Positions 12,702 to 26,184 of a DNA stretch of 64,000 nt are shown one piece after another. This stretch comes from Octopus sinensis (Eukaryota), in the NCBI RefSeq assembly GCF_006345805.1, contig NC_043011.1, positions 14,458,464 to 14,522,463 of the forward strand, in the 5' to 3' direction. Each line of letters opens with the position of its first letter. Position 1 is the first letter of the stretch. Below the pieces are notes generated by a model. It ran no database searches, had not been told where the DNA came from, and saw nothing but the letters and a program-made list of their open reading frames with translations. The translations under genes were made by a program, and so were the position numbers.

Positions 12702-13190
12702 TAGATGTAAGTCTGTACATATACGTATGTATATATGCATATATATATATATATTATTTATATTATTATATAATTGAACGCCACGCATCCTCTTGCAAGT
12801 AAGTTTTATCTTAATTTTGATGCGCCCTACATACGATCTTTTTACTCTTTCGTTTTTCTCTCTCTCTCCCTCTTATTCTTTTACTTCCTCTTCTCCAACT
12901 ATTCTATCCTATTACTCTGTCACTCTCTCTCCCTCACTCCTCCTCACTTGCTCACGTGGCTCCCATATGGCCATCGGCCGTCATTCATTCTCTCAGTTGT
13001 AGCTGGAACAAGGAAGACGTGTTCTTGTCTGTCTCCTATCCAAGCTTGATTTACACGTTCGCCACCACAACCTCGTTTAGGCTTAGCAGCCCTTCCTGTT
13101 TGCTTTCACTGTTCTGTTTGTGTTACCAATTTTGACCTTCCGAAGAATATGTACGTGTATGTGAGTATATGTACATACTTACATCTATAC

Positions 13191-13264
<74 letters not shown>

Positions 13265-13360
13265 TATAGATGATAGTACATACATATACGTATGTATATA
13301 TGCATATATATATTATTTATATTATTATATGACTGAACGCCACGTATCCTCTTCCAAGTA
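12303..13360. repeat. Diverged direct duplication (12303-12403 ~ 13039-13139; 12700-12800 ~ 13265-13360)
   Basis: The blocks tccaagcttgattta..ttaccaatttt and gaacgccacg.atcctctt.caagta each occur twice. Confidence 0.75.
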
Positions 13361-13379
13361 CACATATAATATATATATA

Positions 13380-13820
13380 TATATTAAACTATGGTTGCAG
13401 AACAAACAAATATAAGGTCATCCACGTAACATTTCATATCTCGAATATTTAATCACATAATGCTTTTTCTTTCATATAGGTTATACATACACAAAATCAC
13501 GGAAGATGAAACCCAACCCATCAATACAAGCATATAAGAAAAATATAAGAAAAATGTGTGAATACAGTCCATCGCGGTTAAAAGTTAATGATAAATACTT
13601 TAGCGACTAAAAAAAAAATATATTTTTTAACATTACAACATCAAGAATAATAAATACATTATGTGATTAAATGTTCGAGATATGAAATGTTATGTGGATG
13701 ACCTTATATTTGTTTTTTTCTGCAGCCACAGTTTAATATATTTGTCTCATTTAATTGAGCACTTCTATAGCAGTCCTATTAAACATTTTGTTCCTGATAA
13801 GAAACAATCACTGTATTATG
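13380..13820. mobile_element. PLE-like element: ~80-bp inverted repeat (13380-13462 / 13657-13741) plus ~80-nt tail, between TA tracts
   Basis: atattaaactatggttgcag..aatcacataatg is the reverse complement of cattatgtgatt..ctgcagccacagtttaatat. Confidence 0.65.
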
Positions 13821-13972
13821 TATATATATTAAAATTATAATTAAGGGTATCTAAGAGATACCACCATGCTAGGGATAGTAGTCAAAACTTGAATCTAGAA
13901 CCACTTCATGTAATCATACAGCACAAGGTGAAAAGACTAATAGACAAATAAACTAGCAAAAAAATTATTGAT

Positions 13973-14024
13973 AATCCCACATCCAGATTTCTGGCTCTGT
14001 ATAAAAATGCTCATCAGTGGGATT
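13973..14024 (-). ncRNA. Degenerate hammerhead motif (probably inactive)
   Basis: Minus strand AAUCCCA CUGAUGA gc..gcca GAAA UCUGGA U G UGGGAUU. 7-bp stem I, but position 17 is G and stem II is poor. Confidence 0.45.
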
Positions 14025-14294
14025 TTTATCCCACTCTGCTCATCAGTGGGCCATACACAGATAGTACACAATTACACACACACACACACACACAAACATA
14101 TATATATATATATATGGATATATATATGTATATATATATGTATATAAAAATAAATATAAGAGAGTGGTCACTATGTGGCTCACTCTAGCACTAGTAAATC
14201 CAGAAGGTTTCAACCACAAAAATACATGTTTCCCATGAAAGTCAGTACGATTGTTAGCTCACACGAACAGGGCAAATAAAAAATAACAAAAATA

Positions 14295-14390
14295 CAGATT
14301 ATTTTGGGACAATTGTTTCGCTATTAATGAATTAAAAGTAATTTTACTCACAAAAAAACTCACTTGTAGCTCCTCAGCCAAAACTATCTG
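14295..14390 (-). ncRNA. Type I hammerhead ribozyme (inverted copy)
   Basis: Reverse complement of 15270-15365. Confidence 0.85.
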
Positions 14391-14733
14391 GATGAAATCC
14401 ACTCAATCACACGCCAGATTTTACCATAACGATAAATACACGTGTGGTTCAATTGATTACATCCGACGTTATAATTCAAATGCCCCTACCAACAGCGCGC
14501 CAAACTTTCACGGAAACAAATACTACATTTAGAAATAAATGTAGCATAATTATAATTAATTAATAAGGGTGAGAGAATTAGATACTAATTTAATAGTATA
14601 TCTATTCAACACCAAGTGGCCCAGTGCCCCGAGAAACCTGGATTATTATATTTTATAATATATTATAATATTTTATACAAAAATAAATATAAGAGAGTGG
14701 TCACTATGTGGCTCACTCTAGCACTAGTAAATC

Positions 14734-14829
14734 CAGATAGTTTTGGCTGAGGAGCTACAAGTGAGTTTTTTTGTGAGTAAAATTACATTTAATTCATTAA
14801 TAGCGAAACAATTGTCCCAAAATAATCTG
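14734..14829 (+). ncRNA. Type I hammerhead ribozyme
   Basis: cagat-ag-UUUUGG CUGAGGA GCUA..long loop..UAGC GAAA CAAUUG UC CCAAAA-ua-aucug. Canonical core; GUC cleavage after 14816. Confidence 0.85.
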
Positions 14830-15269
14830 TATTTTTGTTATTTTTTATTTGCCCTGTTCGTGTGAGCTAACAATCGTACTGAATTTCATGGGAAACATGT
14901 ATTTTTGTGGTTGAAACCTTTTGGATTTACTAGTGCTAGAGTGAGCCACATAGTGACCACTCTCTTATATTTATTTTTGTATAAAATATTATAATATATT
15001 ATAAAATATTATAATAATCCAGGTTTCTCGGGGCACTGGGCCACTTGGTGTTGAATAGATATACTATTAAATTAGTATCTAATTCTCTCACCCTTATTAA
15101 TTAATTATAATTATGCTACATTTATTTCTAAATGTAGTATTTGTTTCCGTGAAAGTTTGGCGCGCTGTTGGTAGGGGCATTTGAATTATAACGTCGGATG
15201 TAATCAATTGAACCACACGTGTATTTATCGTTATGGTAAAATCTGGCGTGTGATTGAGTGGATTTCATC

Positions 15270-15365
15270 CAGATAGTTTTGGCTGAGGAGCTACAAGTGA
15301 GTTTTTTTGTGAGTAAAATTACTTTTAATTCATTAATAGCGAAACAATTGTCCCAAAATAATCTG
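15270..15365 (+). ncRNA. Type I hammerhead ribozyme
   Basis: Same motif as 14734-14829. GUC cleavage after 15352, 536 nt downstream. Confidence 0.85.
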
Positions 15366-15649
15366 TATTTTTGTTATTTTTTATTTGCCCTGTTCGTGTG
15401 AGCTAACAATCGTACTGACTTTCATGGGAAACATGTATTTTTGTGGTTGAAACCTTTTGGATTTACTAGTGCTAGAGTGAGCCACATAGTGACCACTCTC
15501 TATTATTTATTTTTGTATAAAATATTATAATATATTATAAAATATTATAATAATCCAGGTTTCTCGGGGCACTGGGCCACTTGGTGTTGAATAGATATAC
15601 TATTAAATTAGTATCTAATTCTCTCACCCTTATTAATTAATTATATATG

Positions 15650-15680
<31 letters not shown>

Positions 15681-18239
15681 GTATATATATATATACAACA
15701 TACGAATATTTGCATATACGTACGTATACACGACCAGTTTATTTGCCCGTCTAAACTACCCGTGCTATAATGTCAAAATACCACTGTGAATATAATGACG
15801 AAGTAAATTTATAAATTTTTATATAATTAAGGATCTCTAGCATGTCTGCTAATTTAAATCTTTAAAAGTGTTTCCAGTAAAGAATAGCATAGTATTTCAT
15901 ATCTGTATGTAGAGCTGTATCTCTTTATGCTTCATCAGTAAATCCACCGAACGAAACAGGCTCCAGTAAGTGGTTATATGGTTTCTACTCTACTCCGTTT
16001 TGTCTCTTATTTGATTAGTCCACTTGTCTTTCGACTTGAATAATTTCCTCGCCTTGTAACTTTAGTGTGAAAAGAACCGAGGGTCAAGTTTAAATTACTG
16101 AAGACAGAGAAAAGATATGAAACATTTTTCTTATGAAAACCATTTAATTATGCTAATAAAAGTTATTGGATTATATTGAATCCAAGAATATTTAATGATT
16201 ATTTTGGATTCACTGTAATGTAGCAATGTTTTTTTAAAAAATCAAACAGCATTGAAGAATGTGGTCGAATAATATAAACAAATACTAAAAAGACATTCTC
16301 CCCTATAATTACGCTTAGAAGGAATATGCACAACTATTTACCAAAATGTGAGTGTCCTTTGCGTGTACAATATTTGAAAGAGAAATCTTCCTTGAAATCC
16401 ACAGAGCATATTCAGGGCAAATGTCTTCGGTAATTATAAACAGCAAACAAATGTTGTTCAATAGTTAATGTCAGTTTGGGATAACAATTTCATGTGAAAT
16501 GAGAATATAAAACTAAAGAGAAAGTGAGAACTGGTAAGCTGTCCGACAATAATTCATTCGTACAACTCCAGGTTCTGAATTAAAAAAAAAAAAAACACCA
16601 CTTAATAAAGGGTACTCAAACTGCACAAAAAGGAGATGTGACGACTGGCTACAAGGTTGTGCAGTGTGTGACCTTGATTGATAGATAGATTTCCCAGTGT
16701 TGGTACCAAATTCCAGGTTTTATACAGGATGTGTTTGCATCAAAATGGTTGCTCTACACGAGAGCAAAATTACATGAGTGTACCTATTCATACGTATGAA
16801 GACATTAGAGCAGGAGATAGACCAAAGTTTGTGCTTGTTTAGTTTTGCTAGTTTTCTTGGGCATTACTATTATTGGGACAAGTCATATCAATATTCATGT
16901 CCCATTTCGTTTATTATTCGCTACAACAAAGTTTGACGCACATAATATCAAAATTTGCAATAATATATCTTTTGGTCGCCAGTATGATTCCTCTATCCAA
17001 TTTGGTTTTACATCACACGGCATGGTTTTCAATCATCTTTCTTATTTGCCGAAAGTACAGGTAGGATCATTGATTACTTTGCCAAATCCTGTAAACATGA
17101 TAATTTGCAGTATATATTTTGCATTTAGACAGAAAATTACTGAATTGTTTCTTTCTTTTCTTTGAATAAGTGTGATATCATTTTTATTCCACTTCATTTT
17201 TTTATTCGCTCTTGCTTCTCTCATTTGCTTCTAAATGCTTATAACAGAATAAGTTTTCCTACATTTTTACTTACAGCATAACAACCCATATCTGCTTTGA
17301 TTTCAATACGTTTTTTTTTGCAGCTTTTTGTCAAATTCCTTTCCATTTTTATTCATGTATCATTAACTCTTTCTCCTAATCATGTCGATTTCTTCATTAC
17401 TAAATTTAAATTCTTCTCATATGGTAATCAATATAACTATTTTTCTTTCAACTAATCAATATTCTCTCTCTCGCTCTATCTCTTTTCTATGGAATACAAA
17501 TTCTAAATTTTCTTATGATATATAAAGTCTTATATTGCATTTTTGTTTTTAATCTTAATGTTTAAAGACGTCTGCTCCCTTTTAGCTGCTTTAAGCAATC
17601 TTTTACTAATTGCTTCTCAAGTGAGCAGATCTTTCTGAAGATTCTTATAAAGCTTTCATTCAACCTGCAGTCGAGATGTGGTTCCGTTCTTGATTTAATT
17701 CTATGAATCGTTCCAGTAAGTGAAACTATTTTCATCATATTCCACTTCAGCCAGAACTTCCATTTGGAAAAAATCCTCAAGATTTCTTAAAACATGTCGT
17801 TTTTTTAAGGGTCCACTGTACCAAGCACTATCCAGTACGATCTAAAACACTTCTATCAAAAATGTAATTCCAACCCCCATGATCCCTCAGCGTCAGCGTA
17901 AATATATTTTCTAGATTAGTCTGTAGTTTATAATTTTTGATTGACGACAGGGACAGACAGACAGACATAATGCTGTCCAACTTGACATGACGTCCATTGC
18001 AAAGTGTACTGGTTTTCAAGTAGAGCTTATTGCATGAAAGTAACTATTTAAATGCTACTGAAATTTGGATCATCATTTTATAACTCTCTCACTAATCGTA
18101 AGATCTCTCACTGTTGAAGTTTCTCTTGCAACTTCTCTAATTCTTTGGCCATTCAAAGCGATACTGGTGACGTTACTTTTATCTCCATTGGTTTCAAGCC
18201 AGTAACATTCATTTTTATCGTACAAATCTCTTTCATTCC

Positions 18240-18273
18240 AATAATAATAATAATGATAATAATAATAATAATG

Positions 18274-18304
<31 letters not shown>

Positions 18305-18352
18305 TAGTAGTAGTATTAGTAGTAGTAGTAGTATTAGTATTAGTAGTAGTAT

Positions 18353-18400
<48 letters not shown>

Positions 18401-18423
18401 TAGTAGTAGCAGTAGTAGTAGTA

Positions 18424-18487
<64 letters not shown>

Positions 18488-18490
18488 TAA
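18240..18490. repeat. (AAT)n/(AGT)n compound microsatellite
   Basis: Direct inspection. Confidence 0.95.
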
Positions 18491-19062
18491 ATGCCCTGAT
18501 GCAGTACCAGGCAGTGGCTCTCATGGCTTCTGATCTTAACTGATTGGAAGTGTTATCATGTACATTGTTTTGTCTTGGTATAAAAGATGGGCTACAGCAA
18601 ATATTCTGCTCAATACCACAGATTTGCTTGTCAGTTGTTTGACCTTAACCAGTTGAGCATGTCCCTTAGTGGCTGACGATATGTGCATCTCGGATCACGA
18701 GCAGAAGTAGTGGGGGAGCATCCTAGCTATGTGTTGAGAGGGATTTTTTGGGGTTTGAATAGTTCACCTCTGGAAACATGGGTGGTTCTTTCAACATCCT
18801 TAAACAACCCTTATTCAGGGACCGTTTGAGCGGGATGGGCTACTCAACCTGAAGAAAATTCTAACTGGGCCCCACCTGCAAGGTCATGTGCTGTTTATCT
18901 TGATATGAGATCACCATGTCGCGCACATATGGTTGTGATGCATGTGCCTGGTGTACCTTTATCAGACGGGTAGTCATGATGGGTATATTGGGCTTCGTAT
19001 ATTTTACCCCAGTGTCACTTTGATGGCATGAACTGCTCTCTCACTCAATAATAATAATAATA
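18490..19062 (+). mobile_element. Non-coding repeat bounded by (AAT)n, probably the 3' region of an R4/Dong-type retroelement
   Basis: Lies between (AAT)n tracts and ends ctctctcactcaataataataat. Family assignment is recalled, not verified. Confidence 0.45.
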
Positions 19063-19109
19063 AAGTGTTTTGTTTTTTGGCTTATTTGTAGCCTTAGTTA
19101 TTTCCTTGA

Positions 19110-19942
19110 ATGCTAATTTCCCTTTCCAGAGCCCAAGGAGGTCGTGGTTTGATTCAGTTTGAACATTCTTACAAAACCACCACAACTGGACTGGCTAAAT
19201 ATCTTGAACCAACTAACGGCGAGATGCTAAAACTAGTTGAAAATCATGAGAGGCGTAAGAAGATTTATTCTATCCTGAACGGGAGCAAAAGATTTGCTAC
19301 TGATTTTGTGGATGATACCCAGACTAAACTGCCCGAGGGAGTGTGACAACTGCTGCTGCAAAAGAAGTATAATTAATGGCAAGATAAAAGCGTATGAATA
19401 ATTGGCTGGTCGGTGGGAACAGAAACCTCTGCATGGCAAATATGTGGCAAACAAGCTGATGTTGACCAAAAGCACGTGCATCAGTAGCCAAGAAGCTCAG
19501 AGGTAAAAGCAGGTATCGAAGGTTTCATTGTAACTGTTCAAGATCAAAGCTTATTGACTCGGAACTATCAAGCCAATGTGATGAAAAATGGAGTAGATCT
19601 AAAGTGCTGATTCTGCAGTGATGAGATCGAAACAGTGGACCACTTAATCTCTAGATGTAATTTTAGCTCAAGTAGAGTATAAATTAAGACATGACAAAGT
19701 TGGTCAATATATACACTGGTTAATATGTCGGCATTATAAAATCAAAACTGCTGATAAATAGTATATGCACCACCCTGAGATTGAAACTGAGGGAGAAAAT
19801 GTAACTATCCTTTGGGAATTCGGTATATTGATAAACTGGATATTGTTGTAAAAGACCAAAATAATAAGGTCTATTAATTGATCGATATGAGTATCCCCCG
19901 TGACCGTAATATTTTGGCAATAGAATTTGACAAGCTTACAAA
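19110..19942 (+). pseudogene. Decayed R4/Dong LINE 3' coding fragment (post-RT region, CCHC, REL endonuclease)
   Basis: SRAQGGRGLIQFEHSYKTTTTGLAKYLE... is collinear with the C-terminal third of the 29736-33425 ORF, with stops and frameshifts. Confidence 0.9.
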
Positions 19943-20197
19943 AAAGTTGCTGCAGTGATGTCCATTTTATTTTTCCCAAGTTCTTGGTAGAATTCTTTTG
20001 GGGTTGGAATTGAACTGTTTGTTTTGTTTAAAGAAACGTTCGACGTTTCTCATACCGGCGGATCCTTTGTGCTTTGGCAAGGATATCTTGCTTTAGCTTT
20101 TCTTTTACCTCAGGTAAATCTTTTTCAGTAATGTTGTATTTGTACAGTGTTTTTGCTTTCTTCTTGCTACTTTGTAGTGTTGATTGTCTACTAATTT

Positions 20198-20408
20198 CGG
20201 CGAGCTGGCAGAATCATTAGCACGCCACGCAAAATGCTTAGCGTCATTTCGTCCGTCTTTGCGTTCTGAGCTCAAATACCGCCAAGGTCGACTTTGCTAT
20301 TCCTCTTTTCGGGGTCGATAAAATAAGTATCAGTTAAGCACTTGTGTCAATCTAATCGACTAGTCCATTCCCCCAAGTGTCAACCCTTGTACATATATTA
20401 GAAAGAAT
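20198..20408 (+). mobile_element. tRNA-derived SINE with Meta/MESC-like central domain
   Basis: ggcgagctggcagaa head followed by gtcgactttgc..ttcggggtcgataaaataagta. Confidence 0.8.
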
Positions 20409-21449
20409 TTTTTTTTATTGTTGCTTTTGTGTTGTTGTCGGCGATGTTAGCAGATAGATTTCGGAGGTTTTGACTCAGTTTTTAAACCTTATCTGTTAAG
20501 TTCGTGTTGAAATATTATATAATTTTTGTTTTATTAGACTATGGATACATTATTCAAAAGAATAGCTTTGCTGGCATTCATATTTTCCTTCCGCCAGTAC
20601 CTTACGTTCTTCGAAGAAGAATTTCTTTTACTAGCTGGGAGGAATTCTGCCGAACTGGTCTTGAAAACCTTTTCTAGGAAATGACTGTCGTCAGAACTAA
20701 TTCAATCAAGAAGAAAACTATGTCCTTGAGTTTTCCCAATCCTTAGCATTATAAATAGACTAAAACTGCCCAACCAAACGTAGGGTTGCTGTGCAGAGAC
20801 TTATGTTATGAGTTAATTTTACAACATCTCCTCTGTTGTAGATAGTCACGCTAATTATGTCGTAATATCTTGTATATTTTATATAACGAATCAGATCATC
20901 ATTATTAATATGCATCGACATTGTTAAGTTTAGATTGGAGTCTAGATCAGTCGTCACCTTGGTATCATAATTATAGCAATTACAACTTTATTCTCCTTTT
21001 CGTGCTCTCCCTTCCTCCATCTCTTACTCACACTCTCCCTCCTCTTGCACTCACTCTCCCTCCCACTTCTTCTCTATCGTTGCATTCTTCCTACTCTATC
21101 TGGCTAATATTACTCATGTCAGCATAAGGAAGAAAATCAATCCTGCTATCATACTAGTAGATTATATAATAAGAATTTTAATTATGACTCATACTGCTGA
21201 ATGTAAGAATTGTATTATAGATAAGACAGTTTGGCTTCTTCAAAAATATTTTATAGCTTCTTAAGATAATATTGCTGATAATGGCTGGTTTTGAAATTTA
21301 CAAAATAAAAAAAGAAAAGAAAGAAAGAAAGAATTGCGTTGTGTTGCTGTGATCCATTTCTGTAATTCATTATTGATTCCACTGGAGTGGAGCCGTTTTA
21401 TTATTCAAATTAATCAACTATAGATTGACTACTTGTATCTGAGAAGTAA

Positions 21450-23560
21450 TGGTTGTTTCTGATTAAAGCAAAGGATCAACAATTTTAAAAGGAGGGATTT
21501 AATCGACCTCACTGATCCCAGTACTTGACTAGTACGATATTATCAAGATCTCGGAGGATTGAAAAGTTAAGGTGACTTCGGCGGGATTTTATACCCAGGA
21601 CGCAAAATGCCCGAATAGATACATACCGAAGCACATATTTTCTTACGTAAGGCGGCGATCTGGCAGAAACGTTAGCACGTCGGGCGAAATGCGTAGCCGT
21701 ATTTCGTCTGCCTTTACGTTCTGAGTTCAAATTCCGCCGAGGTCGACTTTGCCATTAATCTTTGCGGGGTCGATAATTAAGTACCAGTTACGCACTGGGG
21801 TCGATGTAATCGACTTAATCCCCTTGTCTGTCCTTCTTTGTCCCCTCTATGTTTAGCCCCTTGTGGGCAATAAAGAAATACATATTTTCTTACGTTCTGC
21901 TGACTCCATCAGCCCACAACCATTAATAGAGAAATAGTTGGTTCTGATTTAGGCAGAAGGCCAGAAATTTTGAGGGGGAGAAGTTAATCGGTACAGTTCG
22001 CACCAGTTCTTGACTAGTTTTTTTTATTTTATCGACCCCAAAGAATGAAAGGTAAAGTTGATCTCGATGAGATTTGAAACTACAATGTAAAGAGCCGGAC
22101 GAAATGCCACAAAGCATTTTGCCCGGCGTTCTAATCATTCTGCCAACCCATCGACCTTTTTTTTTCTGAGGGGAAAAACGATTTTCGAACTAACAAATTG
22201 ACTACAAATTGCAACTTTTAGATAAAAACGTATTGATAAACGTATCGTTCCGCCATACTTAGCAGAATGATATGTTAAGACATTGATAAGCTAGCAACAC
22301 TGCATGAGACATGCTGAGTAAGATCTGATCTTAGCCATATGGATGTAGGCATTGCTCACTATCTTTAATGTTATCATTATTACTAAGGCAGTAAAGGCGG
22401 TGAGCTGGCAGAATTGGTAGCATTCCAGGCGAAATGCTTAGCGGCATTTCGTCTGTCTTCACATTCTGAGTTCAAATTCCACCGAGGTCGACTTTGCCTT
22501 TCATCCTTTGGGGGTCGATCAAATAAGTACAAGTTGTGTACTGGGATCGATAACAACCGACTATCCCACTCCCCACAATTCCAGGCTTCCAGCCTGTTGC
22601 AGAAAGCATTATTTTTAAGGCAGCGAGCTGGCAGAATCGTTAACCCGCCGGAAAAATTGCTTAGCGCTATTTCGTCCGTCATTAGGTTCTGATTACAAAT
22701 TCCGGCGAGTTGACTTTGCCTTTCATCATTTCGGGGTTGATAAAATAAGTAGCAGTTGAACACTAGGGTCGATGAATTGAACTTACGCTCTTCCCAGAAA
22801 TTGCCGCTTTGTGCTAAAATTTGAAACCATTATTATATAAATATAATTCACTAATACAAAGATTATTTTTGTTTTCAAATCCCAAACTCTGTATATCTCT
22901 ATATAGATTATATTGGATAAATTCTCCATTTTTTAAAGAGATATTATTTGTCACAATAGTTACTTCGACCAGGAAGGTTTCTTCACAATATCCGGTCGAA
23001 CTGTTTTGGTCAATTTGTCTATGTGCAGAAACAGCTCACCCAAAACGGTCACTTTGTCATTGTCTGCGACCGTCTTGGCGTATGTTTATACCACCTCTCC
23101 TGTTGATATTTCATGGCACTGGTATAATACGCATTATATAATAAGGGCGGCGAGCTGGCAGAAACGTTAGCACGCCGGGCGAAATGCTTCGCGGTATTTC
23201 ATCTGCCGCTACGTTCTGAGTTCAAATTCCCCCGAGGTCGACTTTGCCTTTCATCCTTTCGGGGTCGATTAAATAAGTACCAGTTACGCACTGGGGTCGA
23301 TATAATCGACTTAATCCGTTTGTCTGTCTTTGTTTGTTCTCTCTGTGTTTAGCCCCTTGTGGGTAGTAAAGAAACAGGTATTTCGTCTGCCGTTACGTTC
23401 TGAGTTCAAATTCCGCCGAGGTCGACTTTGCCTTTCATCCTTTCGGGATCGATTAAATAAGTACCAGTTACGCACTGGGGTCGATATAATCGACTTAATC
23501 CGTTTGTCTGTCTTTGTTTGTCCTCTCTGTGTTTAGCCCCTTGTGGGTAGTAAAGAAATT
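21450..23560. mobile_element. Cluster of Meta/MESC-domain SINEs (21649-21879 +, ~21940-22155 -, ~22395-22605 +, ~22617-22830 +, 23143-23560 + with internal duplication)
   Basis: Repeated gcctttcatcctttcggggtcgat motif. TSDs acatattttcttacgt (21633-21648 / 21880-21895) and tggtataa.acgcatt.tata (23120-23140 / 23560-23580). Confidence 0.85.
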
Positions 23561-24304
23561 GGTATAAAACGCATTCTATAGAAGTTCTAATTATGTTTTG
23601 TTTGTACGTGTGTTCTCTGCTTATATATTCTCTCAATCTAGAATATCATTATATATTATCCTGTTTACTTTTGGTATTCAGCTGTTTTAATCTTTAAATC
23701 AGGTGGAGAACCTATACGCCAAGGAAACCGGGAAAACGACCTTTATGAGATAGGCATGGCTCGAGAAGGAACAAACAACAAACCTAGGTAATTAAGTATT
23801 CGTAAGATTATTACATGATGATGTAAAGATAGTTGTATTCTCATCATGGTTGTTATATTCACAATGTTTCAGATGTATTTATCGCTCTTCTTCAAGTGTC
23901 TCGTCGCATTTGGTGATATATACCCAGAATTTTGAACGGAAACATTTCTTAAAACCAAAGGGCAGAATGTCCTCAATTCGTTGGCCATACTTGAGGTATT
24001 CTCGTTTATTTGTGATACCATGTGCTCGAACCTGACTCGCGTATTCAATCTATATGTATTCTAGTTGATGCGAAATGATCAAGCGGTATCAAAAGTACGA
24101 GAATAACAATACGAAAATATTTCGCTATGGATAACCAAACGAAAACAATTCACCCCGGTAGACTGAAAGAAATTTTTCATTCAAATTCTGAAAATATCAT
24201 TGAATACTCTATACAGGTACCTGAAGAAGGCCAGAGGGTACAACGATTGAATCATTGCGAATAAGGTGACTAAAATCAAGACACTAAGGTAAAAGTAAAG
24301 TTAC

Positions 24305-24543
24305 TTTCTCGGGTCATACCGACTCATAAGGGCCGGTTTCCGGGTTTCATGGCGTATATACCCCCCCCCCGACGTGACGCCTGTACATCGCAGCATTACT
24401 CATTTTGCCAGTTGAGTCGACTGGAGCAACGTGAAATGAAGTGCTTTACTCAAGAATACAACGCGTCGCCCGGTCCAGGAATCGAAACCACAATTTTACG
24501 ATCATATGTCCAATACTCTAACCGCCAAGCCATGCACCTCCAC
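24305..24543 (-). mobile_element. OR-type tRNA-derived SINE
   Basis: Head gtggaggtgcatggcttggcggttagagt. 3' part cataagggccggtttcc is shared with 10695-11007. Confidence 0.75.
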
Positions 24544-24918
24544 AGATCAGGACACTAGTCTCAATGAATTAGTATATAAAAATCATAATTCTTCATTTAT
24601 GGTATTCACAGAATATTTATAACTGTTTTAGGTCTACCAGGGTAGTTTGAAATCTAAACTCTGGTGAAGGCAACTAACCCACGGGATGGCGAACTCTATT
24701 TGAAAATTCCTGAGGTATGTTGCTCATTCAGGTTTTGGCAAATATTTGCACCAACTTTCTGATATCAGCATTTCTCTAAAAGTGAAGCTGATCCTAAACA
24801 AGCCTTTACCACTGAAAACAAATCATCCGTCTGGGTAGTCTAACACAGCTATAATATTGGTTGTTGGGCCCTCAGACATCTAAGCAGACAGGAGAATCCA
24901 CTATATATATATATATAT

Positions 24919-24952
<34 letters not shown>

Positions 24953-25017
24953 ATATATATTCAGGTGTGCAGATATGTGTGTGAATCCATAATCATGAAT
25001 GTGCGTGCGTGAATGTA

Positions 25018-25240
25018 TCTCTTATTATAAAAGGCAGATTTTATCTGCCTCCCTTTGTCTCTTATAGAAATCTACAATATAGGATTTCTTCAATTACAAT
25101 TTACCTAGCATTTTTAAGAGTAGAATGCATCGGGTCGTGCCAGGTCCAGTTTTTAAAATTTCAACCCCAATTAAGCAAAATTTAGAGAAAACTCACATTG
25201 TGGTGTATAAGTCAAATGCTTTTCTTAGTGTGGGCTACAG

Positions 25241-25245
<5 letters not shown>
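25018..25245 (+). mobile_element. Helitron-like 5' end
   Basis: a|TCtcttattataaaaggcag resembles the 5' end of the Helitron at 26185. Confidence 0.4.
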
Positions 25246-25332
<87 letters not shown>

Positions 25333-25334
25333 GG

Positions 25335-26071
25335 GAGCGATCTGATTCACTCACGCTATCACTAATTTCTACGACTTTCTCTTTGCAAGTTTGCAACGAT
25401 TAAAGTGAAAACAGTGAATCTCAGAGCTCCGACAGCGATAAAGAAAATGAATTGGCACCCGAATGGAGTGAAAATTTAAAAACTGTTTCTTTCGGTGATT
25501 TTTCTGAAGAAACTGGACCAAGCCACAGAATTTCCCAGAAGAGTAAAGCCTTAAACTATTTTTTTTTTACTTTTTCGAATGAGCCTATTTGAAATCATTA
25601 CGGCGGAAACGAACCGTTACGCTAAACGTAAACAAAGCGAAAGAAAGGATAGTTTGTTATTTCCCACAACCTTAAATGAAATTAAGGCCTATTTTGCCAT
25701 AAATATTATTATGGGTATCAGAAAGTTGTCCAGAATAACAAATTCTATCGTAAAATTTTGTTGTATACCCAATTGAATATTAGCTAATAACCCATTTTCT
25801 ATAGCGATGTTTGAACAAAATTTTAATAATTTTATATTTTGTTGAATTTACCCGTATCTACCTGCAATTAGAGTCACTTTGTGACAAAAATTATAGTATA
25901 GAATTGGTTGAGAACATTTCATTAAATTATCTTCCAAAATTCATGTTAATATATTGATAAATAAAAAAGTTATAGTTGTTTAATGAAACCAGACTAAATT
26001 TATGATTACGTTAGAAATTAATTGAAACACATAAGGGGTGTATTTTGGTCAGAAATATAGTAACGAAAGGG
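25335..26071 (+). pseudogene. Deleted piggyBac element: transposase N-terminal fragment and right TIR
   Basis: LFEIITAETNRYA...PTTLNEIKAYFAINIIMGI (ORF 25579-25776) is typical of piggyBac (DDE_Tnp_1_7) transposases. End gtaacgaaaggg|TTAA at 26071-26075. Confidence 0.8.
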
Positions 26072-26184
26072 TTAAGAAAAACCAAAAAAATATTTTATTC
26101 TTTATAAATGTTGTGTTCAAAATAACATTCTATTTTAAGAATGTGTATATAACAAAGTATGTGTATATAACTACGTGGCTTATA

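Larger units (their letters stand above)
14146..15645 (+). mobile_element. Second retrozyme-like / PLE-like element: inverted ~1.1 unit (14146-14737) plus ~1.7 tandem 536-bp units (14731-15645), within (TA)n
   Basis: Landmarks repeat at +536 (cagatagttttggctgagga at 14734 and 15270). Left part is the reverse complement. atccaga microhomology at the inversion junction. Confidence 0.85.

Noticed and set aside
15880-15945. Minus-strand CUGAUGA...GAAA
   Set aside because: Stems I and III are too weak.
16700-17800. Short minus-strand ORFs that might be a decayed gene or virus (also 44760-45520)
   Set aside because: No recognisable motif in any frame.
24219-24258. ctgaagaaggcc..gattgaatc, resembling a decayed PLE hammerhead (similar case at ~58557-58590)
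   Set aside because: Core mutated (GAAA lost or C3 changed); at best a relic, so not called.
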